The notes below the pieces were generated by a model. It was not told the DNA's origin. It searched no databases and saw only the letters and a program-made list of their open reading frames with translations. Both the position numbers and the translations under genes were made by a program. A DNA stretch of 63,087 bases, counting the filler, from Collodictyon triciliatum (lineage: Eukaryota), in the NCBI GenBank assembly GCA_043381765.1. It is 53 parts of 53 records of this genome, joined end to end, with 100 filler letters (N's around TTAATTAATTAA, not from the genome) between each part and the next. Parts side by side here need not be neighbours in the genome. Positions count along the whole stretch, not along the records: positions 1 to 1,076 come from JBHJMP010012402.1; positions 1,177 to 2,252 come from JBHJMP010012403.1; positions 2,353 to 3,428 come from JBHJMP010012404.1; positions 3,529 to 4,610 come from JBHJMP010012405.1; positions 4,711 to 5,786 come from JBHJMP010012406.1; positions 5,887 to 6,961 come from JBHJMP010012407.1; positions 7,062 to 8,136 come from JBHJMP010012408.1; positions 8,237 to 9,309 come from JBHJMP010012409.1; 45 more parts are not named here. One strand, written 5' to 3'. Each line of letters starts with the position of its first letter. Position 1 is the stretch's first letter. This document shows positions 1 to 13,340 of this stretch, piece by piece.

Positions 1-36
1 TTTTGTTCTTTTTTTTTGTTTTTTTTGTTTTGTTTT

Positions 37-93
<57 letters not shown>

Positions 94-966
94 CGTAACT
101 CTGCCTTTTAATAGCTTCCGTAATATTCTCATCTTTAGGAACTGTTTGATATGTAAAGCGCAGTAACCTCTTTACCAATGCTCCTTAATGTTATTATGAT
201 AAGCTGTTAGCATTTGCTTCGCCAAGTACGGTAATACATGAGACAGTCCAACCAACGGAAAGCGTTCTTCTCGGGACAGAAGGAATAGAAAATAATTGAG
301 ATAAAATATTATCATGTCATTTCTCATTTATAGTTTTTTTTAAAAAAAAAAAAACTTGCTGGTCTATCTTATGAAACTATTCCGACTGTCTTTAAAGCGT
401 ACGAAAAAAAACATTTCATCGATTCTTGGGAGTTGTTGTGATTTCAATATGTAACATGCTGCAAACAGATAAGTGTCGGTAACCAAATTATGACACTAAC
501 CTGTATCATTGATTTTGTCATAGTCACCCGCATTCTTTACAATCGACTTTGGAGATGTTTTCACATTTTGATAGTCCGGTTTTACAGACTTTATATTCTC
601 AGACTACAGATGTTTTCTTTTCTTCATGTGAAAGTCTATGTTTTACTCCTTCCTTAGAAAACTACCGATTTTTCAATATTTAATAAAACTTTACTCTACT
701 AGTCAATCAGTCAATATATCTGCATAAATCAATATATGTAATATTAAGCATCTACCGAGACCCTCAAAATGTGTGCATTGTGAAAAAAAGACACAAAGTT
801 TTTTTTACGAGTGATTTGTAAGAGTACACGTGCTTCGCAACGGGAATGTAAACGAAAAAGAAAAAAAAGAAACGGCTGTATGAATCAGAGCAACCAATAC
901 TGAGCATTATATTCATATTTATCTTGCTGATCATGAGTCGATAGCTTGAGTTTGAATCCTACTAAC

Positions 967-1076
967 CCTTTCTCCAAAGTCTCTTGTTCTCTTCGATTAC
1001 TTGCGCGGATCCCTTGGTAATGGAGGCTTCCATCTCTTTGCTGGAGTATCTCCCTTTGTCATCTTTGTCTATCGTA
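967..1076 (-). CDS. Exon fragment with possible EF-hand loop
   Basis: Reads TIDKDDKGRYSSKEMEASITKGSAQVIEENKRLWRK, then donor G|GTTAGT. DxDxxGxxSxxE pattern. Confidence 0.35.
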
Positions 1077-1176
1077 NNNNNNNNNNNNNNNNNNNNNNNN
1101 NNNNNNNNNNNNNNNNNNNNTTAATTAATTAANNNNNNNNNNNNNNNNNNNNNNNNNNNNNNNNNNNNNNNNNNNN
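1077..1176. other. Artificial contig linker N44-TTAATTAATTAA-N44 (first of 52); window is a concatenation of ~1.07 kb contigs
   Basis: The same 100-nt linker recurs about every 1.17 kb. TTAATTAATTAA gives stops in all six frames. Contig lengths fall from ~1076 to ~1066. Confidence 0.99.
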
Positions 1177-1687
1177 ATTTGTAGGAGGAAAGCTTTGATG
1201 GAAGCAGGGCAAAACGCGAATCAAAGACAAACGCCTTGATCATTCTGTGGCGATGTTTTGTTTGTGGAAAATATGTAAAATTCTTTTATTAATGATTATA
1301 ATTACTTCTTGAGCTATATGTTGCATTGAAAAATACATTTTATTTCAAATATTATCTATATAAATAATCAAAATTGTTATCCCCTGTGTTTGATGTCTCT
1401 TTGTAAGAACATTGCTTGATGCGAGGCACTTGCGTTATTTATCACATCTCTAAACTCCACCGCACTTACGAATAGGAGGAGGTAATCGAAGCAAGCGCAA
1501 GATTGAAGAGAGTAGGCGAAGACAGGATCGCATTTATATTTTATTGCAGCCTACTTTTTCTTGTTTTCTCCTTTATTTTTTTATATTTTCATATTATGGA
1601 AAAGCTCTTCCAGGCTTTACCCACGCATAAACTACTGTCCTCATCGGGAGCACTTATGTATGTGCAACAGACACTCGAATACTGAAC

Positions 1688-2083
1688 ATGAGCGAGACAA
1701 TACCGTCATCGAGTAAGGGAATCGCCAGGATCGAAATACTCACCATCGATCGAGCAGTCGAAGCCTCAATTTTGCTTGCAGGCCTTTTTGCAGAGTATGT
1801 CGTCTTAATTATTCTTAATGCTTTATTCTGTGTGGGTTGAGACATTTCTATGTTAATTCGCTTGTTTTCAACCACCCAGTCGTCTCTTTTAATTCTATTT
1901 TTTTATTATGTTTCAAAACTCTTTGCCCTTGTTATGTGCTATCTTGGATAATTCTTCAGAAAGGATTGTATAACTCGTTGCATCGGTCTTTCTGCTGCGT
2001 ATTATCGCATCTGGTCTGATCTCATTTGCCAAAGAGCTGCGACTCTCGGGGTTTCCACAGTAGCCCTGGATGAGACGAACAAA
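1688..2083 (+). CDS. GNAT-family N-acetyltransferase, insect-AANAT-like N-terminus (exons 1688-1794, 1960-2083)
   Basis: A phase-consistent GT-AG intron gives MSETIPSSSKGIARIEILTIDRAVEASILLAGLFAEKDCITRCIGLSAAYYRIWSDLICQRAATLGVSTVALDETNK. Resembles the first strand, helices and 'SxVAxD' strand of iAANAT-like GNATs (recalled pattern). Confidence 0.5.
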
Positions 2084-2352
2084 GTAATTTTCTCTTGGCT
2101 TGTGTTGAATGAGTAATGAATAATTTCTTACTTTCCTTTTGGACTCATTCATAAAACAAACAAACAAACAAACAAACAAACAAACAAACAAACAAACAAA
2201 CAAACAAACAAACAAATGAATAAATAACTACATTCGATTTAATACGATGGAANNNNNNNNNNNNNNNNNNNNNNNNNNNNNNNNNNNNNNNNNNNNTTAA
2301 TTAATTAANNNNNNNNNNNNNNNNNNNNNNNNNNNNNNNNNNNNNNNNNNNN

Positions 2353-2425
<73 letters not shown>

Positions 2426-5400
2426 GCATTTTATACATATAAAAAGAATCAAAAGAAAGGCGTAGTGATTGTCATCCATGAAAGGAAACCATGCGTAGTT
2501 TTTTGTTATAGCAAAGGTCCATACATTGATTTTGTTTAATTTTTTGATTATAGAAGCCCCTGTGTTTTAACAAGGGTAAAAAGATTGAATGAGAAACAAT
2601 TGGAGCCAAAGCTTGATGGAAGGCGATAGAAGAAGGACATCAGATCTAGGTAAAAATCAGGAAACGAGACCAACTGACCAGAAGCAATCCAAGAAAGCGT
2701 AATGAGGTTGAAGACAGCGTAATGGAACAAACAAGGATGAGTGCACAATACATATTGTTGTACATAAAAAGGGAAAAACACAATAGTGCAATAAAATATG
2801 CATAACATGAAGACATAAGCGAATGAAATTAAAGAAAGCAGGACTTTGATTATAAAAAAAATTGTGCTTTATATGCAATCGTTAACGTATACAATTTACA
2901 CGAATAATAGTGTAGGTCTCTTTCTCTGGGGATACGTTCCACTTTACAGCTCATATCACTACAAGATTATCATGTAGGAAAGCGATGCTTTCTCTGATTG
3001 AATATAAAACATATCCTGTTACTATTGTAAGCAAAAAATAAGGCAAAATAAATAAAAGTAGCAAATGGATAGATGACAACCTTGATATGTACCGTTCAAA
3101 TGAAATACCAATACACAACTAATAATCTTTAAGCATCAAGGGCGTGTGCAACAAAATCAATCTGTTATCTATGCATTACAAAAATAGTATTCATACCCCA
3201 ATAAGATATTTCAAATGATTTATTATTCTGAGAGACTTAAGCATAGTACGTTAGTTTTTTTTTGGAAAAGGCTTATGAGGAGACAAATTTGTGGGATATC
3301 AAAGACAATGAGGAAAGAAAACTTTGCTTTTGTGAGTGCATATATTGTGGTTCGTAATAAAGAAAAAAAGAGTGGAAAATAAAGAATAAAAGTCGAAAAT
3401 GAAATAAAATAAAATCAGCAAGAATGACNNNNNNNNNNNNNNNNNNNNNNNNNNNNNNNNNNNNNNNNNNNNTTAATTAATTAANNNNNNNNNNNNNNNN
3501 NNNNNNNNNNNNNNNNNNNNNNNNNNNNAAAGAAAGAATAAAGAAAGAATAAAGAAAGAATAAAGAAAGAATAAAGAAAGAATAAAGAAAGAATAAAGAA
3601 AGAATAAAGAAAGAATAAAGAAAGAATAAAGAAAGAAAAAAGAAAGGAAATGGAAGGTCAAATCTCGTTCACGATCAAAAGCACAACATATCAACACTTG
3701 TCGAAGCCAAAAGCCTCTCTGCCTCCCCTTTAAAAACGCACTACTGGCGATCGGACAAACCCCCCAAAGTCTGATATCGGCTGACAGGTTCAGTCCTCAT
3801 TTTTTTGTTGTGGGTTGCCACTTGAGATGAGACTTTCTGCTTCATACGCGCATTTCCCTGGAGCCAGGCAAAGGACAGAAGCAAAACAGAAGCATATAAA
3901 AATGTATATACACAAAAAATAGAATACATAAAAAAATAGAATGGAAATGAAAATAAAAAAGTAGAATGAAAAGTGTAATGAGGCGATATGATAGAGCCTC
4001 ATCTCATGGCTTCATGTTGTGGTTCTCAACCCTTTTTTCTTCGTTGTTTATATATATGCCTGAATATTCCGCGGTAGTTATGTCACATCATGTCATTGGA
4101 TTATATGACAGCTGTTTGAAGGGGTAATTAGATGGATGGGATTACAGCATTCTATTTTCTCTCTCCCTCTCTTTCCTTCGATGTCTTGTGTAATCATCAC
4201 CAAGGCCGTCTCTTCTCCCAATCATCTTCACCCAAACAATTGTTTTCAAATCCAAACAACACACAAGGAGCACACAAAATCAAAGGCCATCGATGCATCG
4301 TTAACATAAGCAGCTCCCTTCTTCAACCGGAGTTGTGGTGGTTTCGAGCTTCACGGTGGTTGCTACCACGTCTGCTCATATGTGTATGATTGCCATTAAA
4401 ATGAGAAAGAATAATAAGAAATAAGAAATAAAAAAAAAACAGCAACAGGATATTCAAATAAAATCAAATTAAAAATAGAAATGAAAAAAAAAAGAACAGA
4501 AAAAAGAAAAGAAAGAGAAAAGAAAAGAGAAAAGAAAAGAGAAAAGAAAAGAGAAAAGAAAAGAGAAAAGAAAAGAGAAAAGAAAAGAGAAAAGAAAAAA
4601 GAAAAGAAAANNNNNNNNNNNNNNNNNNNNNNNNNNNNNNNNNNNNNNNNNNNNTTAATTAATTAANNNNNNNNNNNNNNNNNNNNNNNNNNNNNNNNNN
4701 NNNNNNNNNNTTGTTTTTTTGTTTTTTTGTTTTTTTGTTTTTTTGTTTTTTTGTTTTTTTGTTGTGCCCAAACGCACACTCGATGCCCTATGTTCACCGG
4801 ACTCGTACCGGGTGCCTTTGGCTTAGATAGCTCAGTTCTTTGTCGATTGAATTGAGAGGGAAACAGAAGGGAAAAAAGAAGAGAAGACAAAAGCTGATCC
4901 GATCGCGCTGGGTACAAGTAAAACCACTAACAAGGCCGCAACAGAGGTCATGCGGATGTGTTTGACAGCACGGAAAGTTATTTAAAATATTTTATTCTAT
5001 ATATGAATATGATAGTTAGTTGGACGATATATATAATTATGGAAATTAAATATTTACCTCGATATTGTCGAATTTGAAAGTTATTAGTCGAATTATATAT
5101 GAAACTATCATACTATTAAATACTAAATCAATATATAAGGCTTTCTGTCAGACTTTCATGACCTTTTGTTGTGAAATTCATTAATTCCTTCTAGCTCATT
5201 CGACACCCAACAATTCAAATGTGGAATTTACCTTTCTGGTGTTTTAATTTCGCCACAGCATCCAATATTGTACATTTTCAATGAAAGCCTTCGTTTTGGC
5301 GGGAAGCGGGGCGCAGCATTTGCCAGTCCGTTTTCATGAACGCGCTCACTCGGCAAAACGGACGAAACCCAAACCAACATTTCCAACCAAATGAAAAACA

Positions 5401-5725
5401 AGACTTTTCTTTATTCAGAACGCGAGCGAAACGAGAAGGAAACTTTGGTTGCGAATCGCAATTGAAACACATTCTTTTCGCGCAGAGAATCAATTTTTCT
5501 GGGTTACTTACTTTCTCTATTATTATTTTTTTTGTTTTTGTTTTTGTTTTTGGTTTAGTTCTAGTTTTAAAGCTTGGTTTGAAGTTTGGTTGCGTTATTT
5601 GATCAGTTTTTGTTTTCTCTCAAAGTCCGCCGATGGAAAAGCAAGTTTCGTTTTCTCTTTTTCTCCTGTTCTTTTTTTTTTTTTTTTTTTCTTTAGGACA
5701 CATTATATAAAAAAAAAAAAAAAAT

Positions 5726-5786
<61 letters not shown>

Positions 5787-5886
5787 NNNNNNNNNNNNNN
5801 NNNNNNNNNNNNNNNNNNNNNNNNNNNNNNTTAATTAATTAANNNNNNNNNNNNNNNNNNNNNNNNNNNNNNNNNNNNNNNNNNNN

Positions 5887-6961
5887 GCGTTGATGGAAAG
5901 TCGAGTTGTTTTCAGTGTCCTGTTGGGTTTTTCATGAACGAGAAAGGAAAGCAATTTTGTATCACATGCCCCACTGGTACTTACTCAAACAAAACAAAAT
6001 CAATCACATGTGAAAAATGCCCGGCTGGTTCCTACAATCCAAATGTTGCATCAACCAGCATAAGCAACTGTCATCCATGTCCAAAAGGAAGATTTTCATA
6101 TGAATCAGGGACATCAATATGCGAAATTTGTCAATCTGGTTCGTACAATCAATATCCAGGTCAGACTGGGTGCACTAATTGTACTGATGGAACTTACAAT
6201 CCTAGATTTGGCTCAACAAGCAACTCATCATGTGTGCAATGCCCGATAGGAACATATGGAAATGAGCTTAGGGATGAATGTGTATCGTGCCCAGCTGGTA
6301 CATTCAACAATAAAACTGGCTTATCAAATCAATCATCATGTATATCATGTCCAGATGGAAGCTACAGCTTAGAGAGAAGCTCTTCATGCAGTTTGTGCTC
6401 ACCAGGATTCTATCAAAAAGGAGGTGTGACAAAAGATTTACAATCATGCCATGCCTGTCCAAAAGGCACATTCACTCCAAATTTTGGTGCATATGGGATT
6501 AAATCTTGTATTAACTGCAAAAATGAATTTGATTCAGACGGATATTCTTTATGCTTTCCTGGTATTTGCAAAAGTCCGTCATATTTTGACAATTTTAATT
6601 ATTCGAATAAAAATATTACCTTTTCTGAAAAAAACACATTTACTTTGTTACAAAACTCAAAGTCAGAAAAGATGGGACATCGTGTTTTGCTCACCACCAA
6701 ATTCGCCTACATATCTGTTCCCTTCTGTGTCAATCCACCAAACTTGTGTGACGGAGGATACATTCTAGTATATAGGTGGATTAATGATCAATGGAATTTT
6801 TTTATAAAAATCAGGAACCCTTTTTTTAATAGAGACGTGAAATTTGGCAGTGAAATGGAAGCAGATGGAAAATTCTTGGCTGTTGCTGCCACAGGGTCTA
6901 AAAGGGTTGGCAACTTGACTGGAATAGTCGTTTTGTACATGTGGGACGACTTTACCCAAAA
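5887..6961 (+). CDS. Cys-rich repeat (GCC2_GCC3/ephrin-receptor-like) surface protein with FG-GAP-like segment, partial
   Basis: Open across the whole contig. About 11 repeats of C-x2-C-P-x-G-[TS]-[YF], then VKFGSEMEADGKFLAVAATG...GIVVLY. Confidence 0.9.
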
Positions 6962-8236
6962 NNNNNNNNNNNNNNNNNNNNNNNNNNNNNNNNNNNNNNN
7001 NNNNNTTAATTAATTAANNNNNNNNNNNNNNNNNNNNNNNNNNNNNNNNNNNNNNNNNNNNCCAACTCCCGTACCAAGCTGACCTTGACCCGAATTTGAT
7101 GCGCTCATTGCGTTCAAACAAGGTGCAACAACAACGGTGGACTGTAGAAAAATGCAAAAAAACCCTTACTTTGAATTGAACGAAGGATATAAAATTATTA
7201 AAAGTATTATTATTTGCAGTACACTGTTCTGTGTTTTATGAGCGAAAGGCATGTATTTCATCCTATGCAAAAATATTGTAAGGTTTGTTGATTTTGTTTG
7301 CATATTTTGTGTTCCTAGAAGATTTTGCTATTTTTTATTATTAAATTATATGTACAAATTCATAATTTACACAACCTGTGCGGACACTATTCAACTCTTT
7401 CGTGTGTGTCACTTGCTCTTAATATGATAATTTTATTATATATTTCTTATGAAATATATGTTATTGTAATTTCTTCAAGATTTAGGCTTTGCGTGGCCTT
7501 TTAATATTTGCTACTTTCTTTGAGCTTGTAAGGCACCGGCAGTGTTGTTCAACTATTAATGTAATATTTTTTGTAAAATATTAAGTTGTTGTTATGTGTA
7601 TGTATTTAAAGATTTTTAGCAAACATGTTCATAAAGCTTCAGAGCGTGTAAGCACAGGATATTTCTACCTGTTGTTGCAGTAGAGAATGTGAAGTAATTT
7701 CGCATGACACTGTCCTTATTATGTTTGTAAGGTCTCTTTATCCACATCACTGGCACATTTGTGAGTGATGCGACTCTACATGCAGCTCTTCCATCTGTTT
7801 GCATACTTGTTAGCTACTGAAGTGAAAACAAACAAAAAAATATGTAAAATCATATTGCACAAATAATAAAAAAAAGTGAATAATTCAAACTTAACTTAAA
7901 CTTACTGGATTTGCATAAACACCAAGAAAAGTAAATCCGGTCAAGAAAAGTATTTATGGAGGTATCAAACAAGAATAATTTAAAGAATAATTTTATCAAA
8001 AAATATTCGCATAAGAAAAGCATTGAAAGGAACAGTTTCAGATTCTTTGTTTTTAAGAAACAGAAATACACACTCAAGCAAGGTGGCAATATTGCGAACA
8101 TCAGTAATTGCACTCTTCTCCCACAGAAACACAATTNNNNNNNNNNNNNNNNNNNNNNNNNNNNNNNNNNNNNNNNNNNNTTAATTAATTAANNNNNNNN
8201 NNNNNNNNNNNNNNNNNNNNNNNNNNNNNNNNNNNN

Positions 8237-9190
8237 ACCCGCAAAGGCTCTCCACTATGCCGAACGTCGACGAAGTCTGCTTCACACAAGACCCACAAAG
8301 GCTGTGCGTTATGCCGGGATACGACGCAGTCTGCTCCACACAAGACCCGCAAAGGTGCTCCGCTATGCCGGAGTACGACGAATTCTGCTTCACGCAAGGC
8401 CCGCAAAGGTGCTCCACAATGCCGAACGTCGAAGAAGTCTGCTCCACACAAGACCCACAAAGGCTCTCCGCTATGCCGAACGTCGACGAAGTCTGCCTCA
8501 CACAAGACCCACAAAGGCTCCCCACTGTGCCGGAATACGACGAGGTCTGCCTCACACAAGACCCACGAAGGCTCTCCACTATGCCGAACGTCGACGAAGT
8601 CTGCTTCACACACAAGACCCGCAAAGGATCTCCACTATGCCGGACTGCGACGGAGTCTGCTTCACACAAGACCCGCAAAGGATCTCCACTATGCCGGAAT
8701 ATGACGAAGTCTGCTTCACACAAGACCCACAAAGGCTCTCCACTGTGCCGGAATATGACGAAGTCTGCTTCACACAAGACCCGCAAAGGATCTCCGCTAT
8801 GCCGAACGTCGCCGCAGTCTGCTTCACACACGACCCGCAGACGCTCTCCACTATGCCGAATGTCGACGAAGTCTGCTTCACACAAGACCCGCAAAGGCTC
8901 TCCACTATGCCGGACTATGACGAAGTCTGCTTCACACAAGACCCGCAAAGGCTCTCCACTACGCCGAACGTCGACGTATTCTGCTTCACACAAGACCCGC
9001 AAAGGCTCTCCACTATGCCGAACGTCGACGAAGTCTGCTTCACACAAGACCCACAAAGGCTCTCCACTATGCCGGAATACGACGCAGTCTGCTTCATACA
9101 AGACCCACAAAGGCTGTGCGTTATGCCGGAATACGAGCAAGTCTGCTTCACACACACATGCTAGCAAGATTCTGCACTATGCCAGGATTC
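8237..9190. repeat. 54-bp GC-rich tandem repeat, ~17 units
   Basis: Consensus ACCCGCAAAGGCTCTCCACTATGCCGAACGTCGACGAAGTCTGCTTCACACAAG. Array ends in unique sequence near 9190. Confidence 0.97.
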
Positions 9191-9409
9191 GAAAACTGTA
9201 AGTCTCGTTCAACCAGAAATTCTATTTTTAGCTTCGCATCGAGCACTTTGTCTTGTGCAAGCACATACTTAGCAGACGTTTTTGTTATAATTCATATGGA
9301 AGAATTTTTNNNNNNNNNNNNNNNNNNNNNNNNNNNNNNNNNNNNNNNNNNNNTTAATTAATTAANNNNNNNNNNNNNNNNNNNNNNNNNNNNNNNNNNN
9401 NNNNNNNNN

Positions 9410-9502
<93 letters not shown>

Positions 9503-9732
9503 GATACATATACAGATACAGATACAGATACATAACTAAAAGAAAAGAACGAAGAAAATAGTCTGATAGTAAAATTTAAGTCATAAATTACATCAGAGGT
9601 ATGAAATGTGCTTGCAATCACATACATTATGTGAAAAGTTATTTATCATAAAAGACAGATGTGCTTCTGACTCATTTAAATAAAATATAATGAGATGTGT
9701 CTGGATTGACAAATTTAAGTATAAAGATATAC

Positions 9733-10306
9733 CTTTAGGGCTTTCTTATGGTCTCCCAAGTGAAAAGCTGCATACCCCAACCACAAAAGGGTTTTATCGT
9801 CGATTTCCTTACTGGATCGCTGGAACTAAACCAAATACAAGAGATATAATCATGAATGCGATAATCATCCCATGTGACATTAGTATAACGATATGGGACA
9901 GTTTTGTGTACGCCAAACGTATTCAAATATAAGCAGGCTGGAAAAATCGATAGAAATATCGTATATTATTGTTTTGGTCACTCAAGAATTTGTTTTTCCT
10001 TTGTTTCTTCCATATTTTTTTCATTATTCTTTGTTATATTTTTGTTCTTGTTTTTGTTTTTCATTTTTTTCATTTTTTCATTTTTTTTCATTTTTCACTT
10101 ATATATTTACTTATTTTTTGCAGTGTAATTGCATCTTTGGCCACAAGAATTCTGTCACAGATAGACGAGCATACCTCGAGCAATGTCATTGCCCCGACGT
10201 AGTCACGCGAAGATATCAGATCGTCCAGCTTCGGGATTTTCTTTTTCTTTTTCTTTCCATCTTTGGGGACTGCAGATGACACCGGCTTCGTTCGTGAGAG
10301 ATTCAT
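9733..10306 (-). CDS. IFT56: Intraflagellar transport protein IFT56/TTC26/DYF-13, 5' exons (10175-10306, 9733-9825)
   Basis: MNLSRTKPVSSAVPKDGKKKKKKIPKLDDLISSRDYVGAMTLLE|FQRSSKEIDDKTLLWLGYAAFHLGDHKKALK matches the TTC26 N-terminus (IPKLEELLSKRDFTGAITLLEF...LWIGYCAFHLGDYKRAL). GT-AG intron. Confidence 0.93.
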
Positions 10307-10427
10307 GGTGATCTTCGTGACCTGTGCTTTTTTATGAAAGGAGCAAAATCTTGCTTCTTAAAGGTCTTTCAAGCCCCATAATTTGTTTTGGTTCTTGTTT
10401 GGTTCTTTTTTTTTTTTGTTTTTTTTT

Positions 10428-10482
<55 letters not shown>

Positions 10483-11350
10483 NNNNNNNNNNNNNNNNNN
10501 NNNNNNNNNNNNNNNNNNNNNNNNNNTTAATTAATTAANNNNNNNNNNNNNNNNNNNNNNNNNNNNNNNNNNNNNNNNNNNNTTCTCTTTTCTCTTTTCT
10601 CTTTTCTTTTTTCTTTTTTCTTTCTCTTTTTTCTTTTTTCTTTTCTCTTTTTTCTTTCTCTTTTTTCTTTTCTCTTTTCTCTTTTTTCTTTTTTCTTTTT
10701 TTCTTTTTTTCTTTTTTTCTTTTTTTTTCTTTTGTTTTAATGCAAGTTTGCTAAGCTTTGAACATACATGCTATTGTAGAACACAAGACCAGGCAACAGA
10801 ATACTACTTGAAGTACTTACATACTGATACAATTACAATAGCGAAAATGCAAATTTGCATAAAAAAGGTAAAAAACGAAGATCAAATGAATAAACAATGG
10901 TATACATATAATTTCCAGATTTATTATTGTTTTTCTGGAAAATACACTTCCATTTTTTTCGACTTTCGCTGGTAAAGCCAGCAAACAAGCAAGTTGCCTT
11001 CTTTTTTGCAAACCCGAGCAGAAAACCAGAACGGCGAGGCGGGATGCAGATCGTGGATAGATGCACGTTTTCAAGAATAGGCGCTGGGAAAAGCATTTTG
11101 GCTGTCTCGCAAGTGAGTGGCAAAACTCATATGTCCACTTCTGCGTTTGCCTTGTTAACCATCTGTCGTTACAACGCGAGGATTCGGACTGGATTGCTGC
11201 CCGCGTACACCCGAAGAGGCTGTGCATATTGAATAGAAGAACGAAGAAGAGAGTAATTATTTTTTATTATTTTTTTATACTTCTTTTCATTTCCTCTTTT
11301 TTTCGCTTTTTTTTTTTATTTGTGCGATACATGAACTTGTCCGATTTTTA

Positions 11351-11423
<73 letters not shown>

Positions 11424-11929
11424 ATATCTCTCTCTTCTGATTGGATTTTATGCGTTAGTTTGTTGAATGCTTCGAAAGGGACTTAGTTTCTCTGGAATTT
11501 ATGAGAAGAGAAGAAAATCAGGACTCTGCGTCATTCTCTCTGATGGTTTATGATGGCAATGAGCTTCATTTACTATCTGAGGCAATGTATGTTTTGCACA
11601 GATGGTTTGTTATTGGTTTGCAGCGGTCGATGTTGTCTGTGATTGTAATTTTTGTNNNNNNNNNNNNNNNNNNNNNNNNNNNNNNNNNNNNNNNNNNNNT
11701 TAATTAATTAANNNNNNNNNNNNNNNNNNNNNNNNNNNNNNNNNNNNNNNNNNNNAAAAGGAAAAGGAAAAGGAAAAGGAAAAGGAAAAGGAAAAGGAAA
11801 AGGAAAAGGAAAAGGAAAAGGAAAAGAAAAAGGAAAAGGAAAAGGAAAAGGAAACATACGAGACACAACGAGTGTACATTTATACGGCAAGTATATATTA
11901 ATGGAACAGAATTGAGAAAACTACATCTA

Positions 11930-12667
11930 ATTTGGTGAGACATTTCCAATTGTGATAATCGGATGCCTCTGTATTCATTTCGGCCAGCATGTGTTCTCCT
12001 ATTCGTGTGCTCCATTCAAGCTTCTTTGCGAGGCTATTTGGTACTTCGTAAGAGTTTGCATCCAAAGGGAAAAAGGATGCTCGAGGGATTGATGGTGTGC
12101 TTTGCTGGTATAAATCATTCATCAAATTAATATAAACGGAACATACCAAAAAGAATTCATATATAATAGGCTGTTGCTTTCAGCCTCATGGTATATAAAC
12201 CAAAATTTAAAATATACCCGAAATGTAAAATAACTGCTGAATCTGGACTGATTGATGAGAAATCCAGGGTTATCATTTTCACCGAATAAAGGATTGAACT
12301 TTTTGGATTTCTGATTTACAGCAAAAAAAAAAAAATTGCTTTAGAAAATACATAATATGTAAATTATGAACCCATGTAAACATTTCCATATATATATTAA
12401 TCTAAAATAGATTAAATTAAGCGTTTATAAAGAAGAAAGATAATGAAATGGGTTTAAAATTAGAGTATTTCAAAATAATGTCAAATAATCCAAGTAAAAG
12501 CAAACAAAAGACGAAACCTTTTCTGTATTTAGCCGTGCGTAGACAATCAAAACCTCAATAACTGCAGCTATGATGGAAAACCCCATGAGCGATAGGTCCA
12601 AACCATGCGACCCGTGGAAATAGGCCAACTTGTATGACGTCCACGCAACACTCAAACTGAAGATAAT
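11930..12667 (-). CDS. Uncharacterised membrane protein, internal exons
   Basis: 150-nt AG..GT-bounded exon 12518-12667 (IIFSLSVAWTSYKLAYFHGSHGLDLSLMGFSIIAAVIEVLIVYARLNTEK) with two hydrophobic segments. A second open exon lies at ~11930-12170. Confidence 0.5.
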
Positions 12668-12745
12668 CTGGTAGTGAAAATAAATAAATTGTGCGGTTTA
12701 ATTCCGATGAGGCTTTGGTAGAATTTGATGCAGGTATGTTTATCA

Positions 12746-12828
<83 letters not shown>

Positions 12829-13097
12829 NNNNNNNNNNNNNNNNNNNNNNNNNNNNNNNNNNNNNNNNNNNNTTAATTAATTAANNNNNNNNNNNNNNNN
12901 NNNNNNNNNNNNNNNNNNNNNNNNNNNNTACATACATACATACATACATACATACATACATACATACATACATACATACATACATACATACATACATACA
13001 TACATACATACATACATACATACATACATACATACATACATACATAATTCATTTATTATCACTAATTAGTTCATAGAGTTGTCTATTTTTTGCCTTA

Positions 13098-13340
13098 CCT
13101 CAACAGCTTGTCCAGTCACTTGACATTCTTCATTATTCAGACCCTGTGAGAAGAGACATGTGGAAAGAGGCTGAGAAAGAAAAAACGAAACCTCACTGTA
13201 CTTCTCATGCAGGCACAAGATACAGCCCAAAAGCCAAATCGCGAGATGCAATTCCTGACTACCAACTACAACTCGACCAATCAGACGTGAATAAGCGTCC
13301 ATATAAACAAAGTTGAGAAAGCCAAAGCCAGAATCTCCAA
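13098..13340 (+). mobile_element. Decayed 3' fragment of L1/Tx1-like non-LTR retrotransposon
   Basis: CATTATTCAGACCCTGTGAGAAGAGACATGTGGAAAGAGGCTGAGAAAGA is shared with the copies at 23190-23376 and 28720-29175 (minus strand). Frame is disrupted. Confidence 0.7.

Noticed and set aside
1121-1132. Regularly spaced TTAATTAATTAA palindrome as a biological repeat or CRISPR-like array
   Set aside because: Always embedded in N44 flanks; it is an assembly linker.
1598-1690. Possible stop-codon reassignment (in-frame TAA upstream of the GNAT exon)
   Set aside because: The TAA lies upstream of a good ATG at 1688. Confident genes (GDH, TACO1, IFT56, BCAS2, DUSP19) have no in-frame stops.
8237-9190. 54-bp array as a CRISPR array
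   Set aside because: Units are contiguous with no unique spacers, there are no cas genes, and the context is eukaryotic.
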